Shown in pieces: positions 34,168 through 45,696 of a stretch of 64,000 nt of DNA. The DNA is taken from the NCBI GenBank assembly GCA_021787535.1, contig JAJYLR010000001.1, positions 211,648 to 275,647 on the forward strand, given 5' to 3'. The DNA is from a bacterium (lineage in GTDB: Bacteria > Patescibacteriota > CPR2 > UBA1875 > JAJYID01). Positions within the stretch are counted from its first letter, which is position 1, and every line of letters starts with the position of its first letter. Position numbers and translations under genes: made by a program. The notes under the pieces were generated by a model. That model did no database searches and was not told the origin of the DNA. It saw only the letters and a list, made by a program, of their open reading frames with translations.

Positions 34168-36512
34168 AAATACCGGTTAACTGGCTAAAAGAATATGTAG
34201 ATTTTGATCTTTCCGCAGAAAAACTGGCGGAAAAGCTGACTTTGTCCGGCTCGGAGGTTGATGAGATCCTTGGCGGTGCCAACTTTAAAAATGTTGCGGT
34301 CGGAGAGATTTTGGAGATCAAAAAACATCCGAATGCCGATAAACTTCACATCTGCCAGATAGATGTCGGCGAGAAAAAGCCCCGTCAGATAATTTGCGGC
34401 TCGCTTTTTACAGTTGATGTTGGTGATAAGGTGCCGGTTGCGCTTGCCTCCACAAAGGTTGGTCATTTAAAAATAGAAAAATCAAAACTTAGAGGTGTGG
34501 AATCATACGGTATGATCTGTTCGGACGAAGAGTTAGGCATTGAGGGTGGTGGTCTAACATTTTTTGACAAAAGAGTTAAAAACGGGACGGATATAAACAA
34601 GATTTTTGGTGCTAGTGCTGTTTTAGATATCGATCTTACGCCAAATCGTTCGGATTGCTACTCAATAATAGGAATGGCCAGGGAGACGGCGGCTACGCTT
34701 GGCATTAAATCAAAAATCGAGGAGCCAAAGGCGGTCAAAACGCAATCTGATAAAAAAATGAAGGTAGAGATTCAAGACAAAGATTTATGCCCAAGGTATA
34801 TTGCTAAAGTCATTGAGGGGGTCACGATTGCTCCTTCTCCGGATTGGATGCAAAAAAGATTAATTGCGTCTGGCATTCGGCCTATTAATAATGTTGTTGA
34901 TGTAACCAATTATGTTTTGCTCGAGTGGGGTCAGCCATTACACGCTTTTGATTTAGATAAGTTGGCCGGCAATAAAATTATCGTCCGAAAAGCAAAGAAT
35001 AAAGAAAGAATAGAAACTTTGGATGATACTTTTCGCGAGCTTGACCCAAAAGATTTAGTGATTGCAGATACAAGCGGTCCTATAGCTGTTGCCGGAGTGA
35101 TGGGAGGAGCAAGTACTGAGGTATCTTCCAGAACAAAAAACATAGTTTTAGAGTCAGCGAATTTTGACAGGGTTTCAATAAGGAAAACCGCGCAAAAGTT
35201 AAAACTCCGCAGTGAATCGTCCAGCCGTTTTGAGAAAGGTCTTCCTTTGCATTTGCAAGAGGTGGCGATAGAAAGAGCGGCACAGTTGATACTGGAATCG
35301 GCTGGCGGTGAAGCAGGTGAAAATGTTGAGGTCATTTCAGGACAAGTTGAGGTTGAGACGGTCAAGATGGACATCAAAAAATTTGAAAAATTTGCCGGCA
35401 TCAAAATCCCCGCAAAACAGATCTTGTCTATTTTAGCTTCTTTGGGTTTTGAATGTAAGCAAACAGGTGACACATTGAGCGCTAAAGTACCGTGGTGGAG
35501 GCTTGACGCGTCAATCCCCGAAGATTTGTATGAGGAAATAGCCAGAATTTACGGTTACAACAACATGCCGTCTACTTTGCCTGAAGGTGAGATACCGCTG
35601 CCGGATAAAAATCTAAAGCTTGAAATGCTCGCACAGATTAAAGAATTATTAGTCGGTGCAGGATTGAGCGAGGTGATCAACTACTCGTTTACCTCGAGAA
35701 AAAATATCGATCTTCTTTCAGGTGCTGAAAATACTCTGAAAATTACAAATCCGATTTCTCCTGAGTGGGCGTATATGCGTGCCGGACTTACGGGTTCGCT
35801 TCTTGAGAATATCGCGCTTAATCAAGACAATTATGGAAATATTCAAATATTTGAAGTCAGTAATGTTTATTTGAAGGATAAGGATCTATTCCAAGAAAAG
35901 AATTTGCTCGGCATCGGCATCAGTGGTTCAATAAAAAATGGAAGCTTGTTTTTTTCCATAAAAGGTATCTTGGAACTGATAGCAGAAAAGTTGAATGTAA
36001 AAGATATTAAACTGGAGGTTGCCAACATACAATTGCTCGAGGCGGGGCGCTCTGCTTCTATTATAGCTGATGGCCGGGTTATAGGTTATGCCGGAGAAGT
36101 CTCAGATCAAGCAAAGAAATTTTTTGGCATAAAACATGAGGCGGCAGTTCTAGAAATTGATATACAATTGCTTTTGAAGAGTTTTGGCAATGCGAAGCAA
36201 TATGAACCATTTTCCAAATTCCCAGTTTCAGAAAGAGATTTGACCATTGTTTTTGATGAGGAAGTTAAAATCTCGAAAATTTTAAAAGTCATCGACTCAT
36301 TAAATGTAAAAATCCTTGTAAAGCGGAAAGTTGCCGATATTTATCGCGGAAAAGAACTGGGCAGCGGCAAGAAAGCTGTCTCCGTCGGGTTGATTTATCA
36401 GTCGAAGGAGCGAACACTTGAAGAACAGGAAATAGAAAAAGCGCAAAAAGAAATCATAAAAAAAGTTAAGGAAAAGGTCGGAGGGAAAGTCAGAGGTGAA
36501 AAAGACAGCTAA
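34164..36512 (+). CDS. pheT: Phenylalanine--tRNA ligase beta subunit
   Basis: HPNADKL, TPNRSDC, NNVVDVTNY, RFEKG, DLYEEIARIYGY, FP.SERDL. Confidence 0.97.
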   Translation: MKIPVNWLKEYVDFDLSAEKLAEKLTLSGSEVDEILGGANFKNVAVGEILEIKKHPNADKLHICQIDVGEKKPRQIICGSLFTVDVGDKVPVALASTKVGHLKIEKSKLRGVESYGMICSDEELGIEGGGLTFFDKRVKNGTDINKIFGASAVLDIDLTPNRSDCYSIIGMARETAATLGIKSKIEEPKAVKTQSDKKMKVEIQDKDLCPRYIAKVIEGVTIAPSPDWMQKRLIASGIRPINNVVDVTNYVLLEWGQPLHAFDLDKLAGNKIIVRKAKNKERIETLDDTFRELDPKDLVIADTSGPIAVAGVMGGASTEVSSRTKNIVLESANFDRVSIRKTAQKLKLRSESSSRFEKGLPLHLQEVAIERAAQLILESAGGEAGENVEVISGQVEVETVKMDIKKFEKFAGIKIPAKQILSILASLGFECKQTGDTLSAKVPWWRLDASIPEDLYEEIARIYGYNNMPSTLPEGEIPLPDKNLKLEMLAQIKELLVGAGLSEVINYSFTSRKNIDLLSGAENTLKITNPISPEWAYMRAGLTGSLLENIALNQDNYGNIQIFEVSNVYLKDKDLFQEKNLLGIGISGSIKNGSLFFSIKGILELIAEKLNVKDIKLEVANIQLLEAGRSASIIADGRVIGYAGEVSDQAKKFFGIKHEAAVLEIDIQLLLKSFGNAKQYEPFSKFPVSERDLTIVFDEEVKISKILKVIDSLNVKILVKRKVADIYRGKELGSGKKAVSVGLIYQSKERTLEEQEIEKAQKEIIKKVKEKVGGKVRGEKDS

Positions 36513-38130
36513 AGCAAACTCGGTCGACTCGATCGCAAAGAAAAAGCCATTTTTAGGAAGAATTAAGAGTTCTTCTGGGGTTGATGTGAGTCAAAATCAA
36601 GCTAAGGTTTCAAAAGATACGCCAAAAATTTTGACGGGCAAAAAAAAGTTCAAATTTCTGGAATTTAAAAAGCAAAAGCTCTTCTCGATACAGGGTGTCT
36701 TGCTGATTTTATTTTTACTGCCGATATTTTTCTTTGGCACGGTCTCATATGCCTATGAATATCATAATGAAGGCAGAATCTATGATGGTGTTAATGTCTT
36801 TGGCATTGATGCCGGTGGGAAAACTCCTCAGGAACTAGGCAAGCTGATCGATGCGAAAATTGCTCATTATAAAGTAACGATACAGGGGCCGAATCAGAAG
36901 TTTGAGGCTGCATATAACGACCTCGGGATTAACTATGATAAAGAGAAAATCGTTGACACTGCTTATGAATATGGGCGAGACGGCTCTGTGTTCACCAACT
37001 TTCTCAACAGGGCTAAAAGATTCTTTTCCCAGTACCCGATTACTCTTGGTTCGCACACCTATGCTTTGAAAAAATATAATGTCAATCTTGCTTATAAGCT
37101 AGATGAGAAAAAAATGGATGGATATTTAAGCGGTTTGGAGTCCAAGATTAATGTGGATCCTCAGGATTCGCAAGTAACAGCCCAAGGCAGTTCGATGCAA
37201 GTAGTGCCGGCTGTGTTCGGGAGAAAGCTTGAAACCGCTGACCTAAAAAATCAGATTTTAGCCGCTTCACTGCACTTTAGTACTCAGCCCATTACGATGA
37301 AAACCAATGTTACATCTCCTGCAATCATGGACGACAAAACTCGCGCTCTGGCAGAAGAAGCGGACAAAATTACTTCAAAAAGCGTTATCCTAACTTATCA
37401 AAATAAGGCCTACAATCCGCCAAAAAGCATTCTTGTATCTTGGATTACATTTACACGGTCTAGCGATCAGGCAAATTGGCAAATGGTTATAGACCAATCA
37501 AAAATGGCTTCATATTTTAGTACAATCGGCAAAGATATCAATGTCTATTCTACGACTCAAAAAATCAGGGTTGAAAATGAAACTAAAGAAATTGTGACCC
37601 AAGAAGGAAAAGACGGACTGATTATTGACCAATCAGCGCTTGGCAGCCAGCTTGCGGCAAAACTGCAGACGGATTCACAGGTGAACATGGCAATCCCCAT
37701 GAAAGTCGATCATTTTCAGACTACAAAAGATTATGTAGTTGTTGCCGACTGGGATAAATATATTGATATCAACCTTTCAACCCAGCATATGGACGCCTAC
37801 TTGAAGGGCGGACAAAGAGTCGGCAGCTGGGCTATAACCAGCGGCCGGGATAGCTTGCCAACCCCGACGGGACAGTTTCTGATTTTAAGAAAAGCTTATG
37901 ATGTTTGTATGCCCAACCCGCCGAGTACTCAGCCTCTTTGCGGAATTCATTATGTCAGTTACTTTACAGGTTCGGGTGATGCTATCCACGAAGCATGGTG
38001 GAGAAGTTACTTTGGTGGACAAGATTATCACTGGGATGGATCGCATGGCTGCATCAATGCAACTTACTCTATTGCCCAATATATTTATAATTGGGCTCCC
38101 ATCGGCACGCCGGTCACTATCCATTACTAA
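36496..38130 (+). CDS. Membrane-anchored L,D-transpeptidase (YkuD-like catalytic domain)
   Basis: N-terminal TM; KYIDINLSTQ, TPTG.F, AIHEA...GSHGCIN, GTPV. Confidence 0.88.
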   Translation: MKKTAKANSVDSIAKKKPFLGRIKSSSGVDVSQNQAKVSKDTPKILTGKKKFKFLEFKKQKLFSIQGVLLILFLLPIFFFGTVSYAYEYHNEGRIYDGVNVFGIDAGGKTPQELGKLIDAKIAHYKVTIQGPNQKFEAAYNDLGINYDKEKIVDTAYEYGRDGSVFTNFLNRAKRFFSQYPITLGSHTYALKKYNVNLAYKLDEKKMDGYLSGLESKINVDPQDSQVTAQGSSMQVVPAVFGRKLETADLKNQILAASLHFSTQPITMKTNVTSPAIMDDKTRALAEEADKITSKSVILTYQNKAYNPPKSILVSWITFTRSSDQANWQMVIDQSKMASYFSTIGKDINVYSTTQKIRVENETKEIVTQEGKDGLIIDQSALGSQLAAKLQTDSQVNMAIPMKVDHFQTTKDYVVVADWDKYIDINLSTQHMDAYLKGGQRVGSWAITSGRDSLPTPTGQFLILRKAYDVCMPNPPSTQPLCGIHYVSYFTGSGDAIHEAWWRSYFGGQDYHWDGSHGCINATYSIAQYIYNWAPIGTPVTIHY

Positions 38131-38199
38131 GAGTTTGCGAAAGGTTTTGAAATTTGGTTAAGTTTGATAAAATAGAATGTGTTTTAAGGAGAAAACGAA

Positions 38200-38592
38200 A
38201 TGATTCCAAACAATAATCAACCGCTCGAGAATGCTGAATCTCAACCAACTTCGGCAGACGGGGTGCGCGAAAAACAAAGAGCGGAAGCCGCAGAACCTAT
38301 CAAACCGTCGCCGGCTCCCCGCAGCCAAACACAAAATAACCAGCCGGCTGATCTAAGCGCCTTGCAACAGACATCGCCTCCAACTCAGCCGCTTCAGCAA
38401 CCGGCAAATAATAATACCCCTGCCCAGTCCGTCGGCATAGCCGGCAAGGGCAGCGAGCCGTACATCAAAGCGGCGGAAAATGTTATGGAGAAAGACAAGG
38501 ATGATCCTTATCAGGAAGAAGAAGACCATGAAGATGTGCAGATTCAGTACCTGAAGGATAGGTTTGGGAAAGAAATAAAGAGAGGAGAATGA
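38200..38592 (+). CDS. Pro/Gln-rich protein with helical C-terminal domain
   Basis: AAGGAG SD; low-complexity N-terminus; KDDPY...YLKDRFGKEIK C-terminus. Confidence 0.7.
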   Translation: MIPNNNQPLENAESQPTSADGVREKQRAEAAEPIKPSPAPRSQTQNNQPADLSALQQTSPPTQPLQQPANNNTPAQSVGIAGKGSEPYIKAAENVMEKDKDDPYQEEEDHEDVQIQYLKDRFGKEIKRGE

Positions 38593-38604
38593 GGTGTTAG
38601 TTTT

Positions 38605-38632
38605 TGTCATTCCCGCGCAGGCGGGAATCCAG
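38605..38632. repeat. Palindromic half-element (opposite orientation)
   Basis: tgtcattcccgcgcaggcgggaatccag. Confidence 0.85.
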
Positions 38633-38871
38633 CCAGTTGATATAATATTTTTCTACTTTTTTAGAAAAAGTAGAGCAAAAAGCGCGATTAGACGGTCTCT
38701 CAAAGGTTCAAATAAGACTCGTTCATCTTTGAAAAACCACAACTCCTTATCAGTCGGGGATAAACCCAAGTGGTCTTTCCAAAGTATCACTCGTCTTATT
38801 CTCATCTTTTCGATCCGTGATAGTCGCAAGAGAGATACCATAATCTCGAAAATGATTTATAAATAACAGAT

Positions 38872-41382
38872 ATGTTTATCATTATAACAGGAGGGATTTT
38901 ACTCATTGTTGCAGCCGCGGCGGGCTTTATTTATTTCTATAAACGTACTAACGCATACAAGAAACAAATTGAAAGATCTCTGAAAATCGTTCCCTTAATG
39001 GTTCGGGTTCCGCGCGAAATGGGAAGTAAAGAAAAAGCCACCCAAAACCGAGATGATCGCGATGTCGGCCGGGAAATAATCTCATTTATGGAGACTTTCT
39101 ATGCTAATCTCTCTGTGATTTACAAAAGAGGTTTTAAAGATATCCATCATAATCTTCTTTATGGCCAGAGACACATTGCGCTTGAGATTATTGCTAAGGA
39201 CAAAGATATCTTTTTTTACATAGGCGTGCCTATTACCCTCCTGGATATGGTCGAAAAGATGCTCTCTTCGCAATATCCGGATTCAGTGATAGAGGAAGCG
39301 GAGGAGCATAATATTTTTTCAAAAGATTGGCGGAAAATGGGTGTCTGCGGCGGACAAATGAAGCTTTACAGATCTTTTATTTATCCCCTAAAAACTTATA
39401 AAACCATTGAAGCCGAGCCGCTGGAGTCTATTACTAACACCTTGGGCAAGCTTGAAATGGGAGAAGGGGCCGCTATTCAGATATTAATTCGTCCTGTACA
39501 TCCAAGAAAGATGTATAAAGGAAGAAACTTTGTTAAAAAATCTCAAAATCAAAAAAAAGGCGGCGGTTGGGCTGCGTCTTTTGCAAACACTTTGACTAAT
39601 AAAGATCAGAGTCCCCTAAATCAAGAGCCGGTCAGATTAACAGCCATGGAAGAAGAAGTAAATAAAGCGATTGAGGAAAAGGCGGGCAAACCGTCATTTG
39701 AGACAATTATTCGTTTTGTAGTTTCTTCGGGAACGCCGCATCGCAGTGAGATGATATTAAATGAGCTAAACGGTGCTTTTGCCCAGTTTAACGACCAAAA
39801 TCTAAACAGTTTTCGTTTTCGAAGAGAGCAAAACGTAAATCAATTGGTCACTGACTATATATTCAGATTTTTCGAGCATAAGATTTTTTCTGTCAAAAGG
39901 ATGTTTTTTGGCGGTTTCATTGGCCATAAAAACATTTTAAATACCGAAGAACTAGCCGGTATTTTTCATCTTCCGAACTATCTTATTTCTTCTCCCGGAA
40001 TCAAATGGCTGCCGGCAAGAAGAGTAGAAACTCCCTTAAATCTACCTAAAGAGGGCACCATTATTGCCAAAACTCATTATAGAGGCCAGGAAGAAACAGT
40101 GAGATTAGCTGAAAATGATAAGCGTCGCCACGTCTATATTCTAGGCCAGACCGGCACCGGCAAGACAACCACCATGTTAAACATGATTATCGATGACATT
40201 CATCACGGAAAAGGAGTGGCGTATATTGATCCCCATGGCGACGCTATCGATGATATTCTTGCTAAGATTCCCAAAGAAAGAGCTGAGGATGTAGTGATCT
40301 TTGACGCCGGTGATGTGGAGCGGCCGATGGGATTAAATATCTTCGAAGCGAAAACTATCGAACAGAAAGATCTGGTGATTCAGGAAGCGCTGCAAATCCT
40401 CTACCGGCTCTATGATCCGAACCATACCGGCCAGATCTTCGGGCCGCGTTTTGACCATTGGCTTAGGAATGCCGCCTTAACTTTGATGGCGGATCCGGAG
40501 GGCGGAACATTTATTGAAGTGCCGAAGGTATTTTCGGATGATAAATTCCTGGCGCATAAGCTGAAATATGTAGAAGATCCGGTAGTCAGAAGCTTCTGGG
40601 TTGATGAGATAGGCAAAACCAGCGACTACCATAAATCTGAGATGATGGGATACTTTATTGGCAAGTTTGGAGCATTCATGACCAACACCACCATGCGCAA
40701 CATTATCGGCCAGCCAAAATCTTCTCTAAATTTGCGCGAAATCATGGATACGAATAAGATTCTGCTTGTTAACTTATCTAAAGGGCGTATTGGCGAACTG
40801 AATATGCGTCTGCTTGGTATGGTTTTTGTTGTTAAACTGCAGATGGCTGCCATGTCGAGGGTGGAAATGCCGGAAGAAGAACGCAAAGACTTCTATCTTT
40901 ATGTCGATGAATTCCAGAATTTTCTCACGGAATCTTTTGCTCAAATTTTATCCGAGGCCAGAAAGTACAGATTATCCCTCATTGTGGCCAATCAGTTTAT
41001 CGGCCAGCTGACTGACGAGATCAAAAATGCAGTCTTTGGCAACGTAGGAACAATTATTAGTTTCCGCGTCGGTCCGGAAGATGCCGAGTTTATGTCCAAG
41101 CAGTTTGAACCGGTATTTACCCAGCAAGATTTAATTAATATCGAAAACTATAATGCGGCCATTCGCTTGATCATAAATGGCATACCATCCCGTCCGTTTA
41201 ATATCATCGGCTTCCCGCAAATTGGTGTGGCTGATCAGTCGGTGGGAAAAGCCATCCGAGAACTTGCTCGGCTTAAATACGGGCGTCCGCGGGAAATTGT
41301 AAACAGAGAAGTTCTGGCCCGCATGTCCATCGGATCCATGTCGACAGTTACAGAAACCATGCCGAGAGACACAGGGATCTAG
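38872..41382 (+). CDS. Membrane-anchored VirB4/TraD/HerA-like P-loop ATPase
   Basis: N-terminal TM; RHVYILGQTGTGKT, IDPHGD, YVDEFQNF, SEARKY, NQ, GNVGT. Confidence 0.88.
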   Translation: MFIIITGGILLIVAAAAGFIYFYKRTNAYKKQIERSLKIVPLMVRVPREMGSKEKATQNRDDRDVGREIISFMETFYANLSVIYKRGFKDIHHNLLYGQRHIALEIIAKDKDIFFYIGVPITLLDMVEKMLSSQYPDSVIEEAEEHNIFSKDWRKMGVCGGQMKLYRSFIYPLKTYKTIEAEPLESITNTLGKLEMGEGAAIQILIRPVHPRKMYKGRNFVKKSQNQKKGGGWAASFANTLTNKDQSPLNQEPVRLTAMEEEVNKAIEEKAGKPSFETIIRFVVSSGTPHRSEMILNELNGAFAQFNDQNLNSFRFRREQNVNQLVTDYIFRFFEHKIFSVKRMFFGGFIGHKNILNTEELAGIFHLPNYLISSPGIKWLPARRVETPLNLPKEGTIIAKTHYRGQEETVRLAENDKRRHVYILGQTGTGKTTTMLNMIIDDIHHGKGVAYIDPHGDAIDDILAKIPKERAEDVVIFDAGDVERPMGLNIFEAKTIEQKDLVIQEALQILYRLYDPNHTGQIFGPRFDHWLRNAALTLMADPEGGTFIEVPKVFSDDKFLAHKLKYVEDPVVRSFWVDEIGKTSDYHKSEMMGYFIGKFGAFMTNTTMRNIIGQPKSSLNLREIMDTNKILLVNLSKGRIGELNMRLLGMVFVVKLQMAAMSRVEMPEEERKDFYLYVDEFQNFLTESFAQILSEARKYRLSLIVANQFIGQLTDEIKNAVFGNVGTIISFRVGPEDAEFMSKQFEPVFTQQDLINIENYNAAIRLIINGIPSRPFNIIGFPQIGVADQSVGKAIRELARLKYGRPREIVNREVLARMSIGSMSTVTETMPRDTGI

Positions 41383-41543
41383 TCTATAAATAACTTTGAT
41401 TTCCTTTTGTTTTTCTATGTTTTGTGCTAAAATAATTTTGCATTAGGGAGGAGGGATTAAATATTCGACTCCCTTTTTGAGTTCCTGTTTAATCCCATCT
41501 TAGTAAAAATATTTCTGTAGCAATTCAACCTAAAGGAGTTTCG

Positions 41544-42929
41544 ATGACGGATGCAAGCAAGTTCACCTGCGTTAGTCCGATAGATTATCGGTATGACTCT
41601 CCGGAGTTGGGCGAGTACTTAAGTGAAGAGGCCTTCACTGAGTATAAGCTTCGTGCCGAGATAGCTCTTGTTGAGGCACTGACGGCTCGGGAAATCTGTC
41701 CATTAGAGGCAAGGAACGAGATTGTTGACGCTAAATGGCAGGTTACAGTCAAAGAGGTATATGAGGAAGAGGATCGCAATCACCACGATATCCGAGCGCT
41801 TGTGAACTGTATTCAACGGCGAGTGAGTGATCGCGCTAAGCCATATGTTCACATGTCGGCTACGTCTTTCGATATCTCAGATACGGCCAATGCGGCGAGA
41901 TACAAGGATGTAATGTTTGATGTTTTTCTTCCTAAGCTGAATCAGCTTGAAAAGGCGTTGATCGAACTGAGTTTGCGTGAGGCAAACACTGCTCAGATTG
42001 GCAGAACTCATGGCCAGCACGCTGTCCCGATCACCTTCGGCTTTGCCATTGCTCTCTATGTTGAACGAATCGGCGGCTGTATCGTGGAAATCAGGAAGGC
42101 AGCCGAACAGATAGTCGGTAAGTTTTCGGGTGCTGTCGGCGCTTACAATGCGTCCTCGCTTTTCTTTGACGATCCGAAGGCATTCGAAGCAGAGGTTCTT
42201 CAAGGGATGGGCCTTTTCCCGGCGGGGCATTCGACCCAGATTGTTCCTCCAGAGTCCAGAACTCGTCTCTTTAATGAGATCTGCATATTGGCGTCAGTTT
42301 TGGCTAATTTGGCCGACGACATGCGCCATCTACAGAGGTCGGAGATCGGCGAAGTAGGTGAGCCGTTCGAGAAGGATCAGGTTGGGTCATCGACAATGCC
42401 CCAAAAACAAAATCCTATCAACTTCGAGAACGTGAAGTCAATGTGGAAGATCGTTTACGGACTCCAGCAAACAATGCTACTCGATCAGATCAGCGAGCAT
42501 CAGCGCGATCTCACCAACTCGGCATCCGGACGGACCTACGTCGAGATTATTGGTTATACCTATTCTATGGTAAAGAGGATGATTCGGGTGATGAGTAGGA
42601 TAACTGTCAACAAGCAAAACATGGAGTGCAACCTTGCCAGTCAAGGTGAAGCGATCCTTTCTGAGCCGCTCTATATCATCCTTGCATCACTCGGTCACCC
42701 TGATGCCCACGAGAAAGTCAGGATGTTGAACCAGCGCGCTTACGCCGGTGAGGATAATTTCGTCAAGCTGATTCATTCGGACAAGGAGCTTGCACCCTAT
42801 ATTGCTCGGATGAGCGATGAGCAGAGAGTGATCCTTTCCGATCCGCACAAGTACACGGGTATATCGGCTGAAGCCGCTAAATCGACAGCAACCAGATGGA
42901 AAAAGAAGCTGAGGAGAATTGAACGGTAA
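41544..42929 (+). CDS. purB: Adenylosuccinate lyase
   Basis: SPIDYRY, HDI, GRTHGQHA, GSSTMPQKQNP, HQRDLTNS. Confidence 0.92.
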   Translation: MTDASKFTCVSPIDYRYDSPELGEYLSEEAFTEYKLRAEIALVEALTAREICPLEARNEIVDAKWQVTVKEVYEEEDRNHHDIRALVNCIQRRVSDRAKPYVHMSATSFDISDTANAARYKDVMFDVFLPKLNQLEKALIELSLREANTAQIGRTHGQHAVPITFGFAIALYVERIGGCIVEIRKAAEQIVGKFSGAVGAYNASSLFFDDPKAFEAEVLQGMGLFPAGHSTQIVPPESRTRLFNEICILASVLANLADDMRHLQRSEIGEVGEPFEKDQVGSSTMPQKQNPINFENVKSMWKIVYGLQQTMLLDQISEHQRDLTNSASGRTYVEIIGYTYSMVKRMIRVMSRITVNKQNMECNLASQGEAILSEPLYIILASLGHPDAHEKVRMLNQRAYAGEDNFVKLIHSDKELAPYIARMSDEQRVILSDPHKYTGISAEAAKSTATRWKKKLRRIER

Positions 42930-42957
42930 TCCATACTCCTTAATAAGCTGTTTTACG

Positions 42958-42986
42958 GAAGCCGCTTCGTGAGAGGCGGCTTTTTC
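42958..42986 (+). terminator. Intrinsic terminator
   Basis: gaagccgcttc-gtga-gaggcggcttttt. Confidence 0.8.
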
Positions 42987-43202
42987 ATTCAATTTAATAA
43001 AGATTTTCCTTGATTTTTCTTTGTTTTTGGCTTTAGTTTGTGCTAAAATAAATATAGTTGCGGAAGCAGCAAATTTTCAAAAAATCTCTCATTGACTCGG
43101 GGTGGTTGTAACTCATAAAAATACCTTGCTATAAGCAAAAAGAGGGATGTCCAAGGTTAGGATATTAGTTTAAGTTATGTTAATTTGAAAATTTGATTTT
43201 AA

Positions 43203-43229
43203 TAGATTCCGGATCTAGTCCGGAATGAT
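43203..43229. repeat. Palindromic half-element in gyrB leader
   Basis: tagattccggatctagtccggaatgat. Confidence 0.75.
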
Positions 43230-43231
43230 AG

Positions 43232-45292
<2,061 letters not shown>

Positions 45293-45293
45293 A

Positions 45294-45695
45294 ATGAATG
45301 AAACGGGTGATAAATTACATTCAAATGAAGTTGATAAAAAGGAAGCTTTAGCGATAGCAAAAACATTGCTTGTAACAACAGAAGGAAAAACAGTTCGGCT
45401 AATTGATGCGTGTGAGTACGTACTTCAATTGATAGAACAGAAAGATAAGCCCACTAAGAATGATCTTGAAGTTTTACATAAATTAGCAGAATTTATAGCA
45501 AATATTGTTGATAGAGGTAATAAAGTTGAATATCAAGATTTTAGGGAATATGCGAAGCTCGTAATGGATATAAAAAAAGGTGCAGGTATAGAAGTTGACC
45601 CAGACGAAGTTTATAAATTTACAGAAGTTAAAAAATTAGATGAATTATATGATAATTCTCCTAATACTGAACCAGTAATTAGGAATGAGGAATAA
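45294..45695 (+). CDS. Hypothetical protein between gyrB and gyrA
   Basis: AT-rich ORF with 1-nt gaps to both neighbours. Confidence 0.65.
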   Translation: MNETGDKLHSNEVDKKEALAIAKTLLVTTEGKTVRLIDACEYVLQLIEQKDKPTKNDLEVLHKLAEFIANIVDRGNKVEYQDFREYAKLVMDIKKGAGIEVDPDEVYKFTEVKKLDELYDNSPNTEPVIRNEE

Positions 45696-45696
45696 A

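Noticed and set aside
38594-38866. ORF starting MLVFVIPAQAGIQ and antisense ORF 38653-38841
   Set aside because: The first begins inside a palindromic element and neither has convincing features; TGATATAAT at about 38638 followed by a hairpin suggests a leader instead. Left uncalled
38872-41382. Conjugative element or ICE
   Set aside because: No relaxase, integrase, other T4SS genes or att sites
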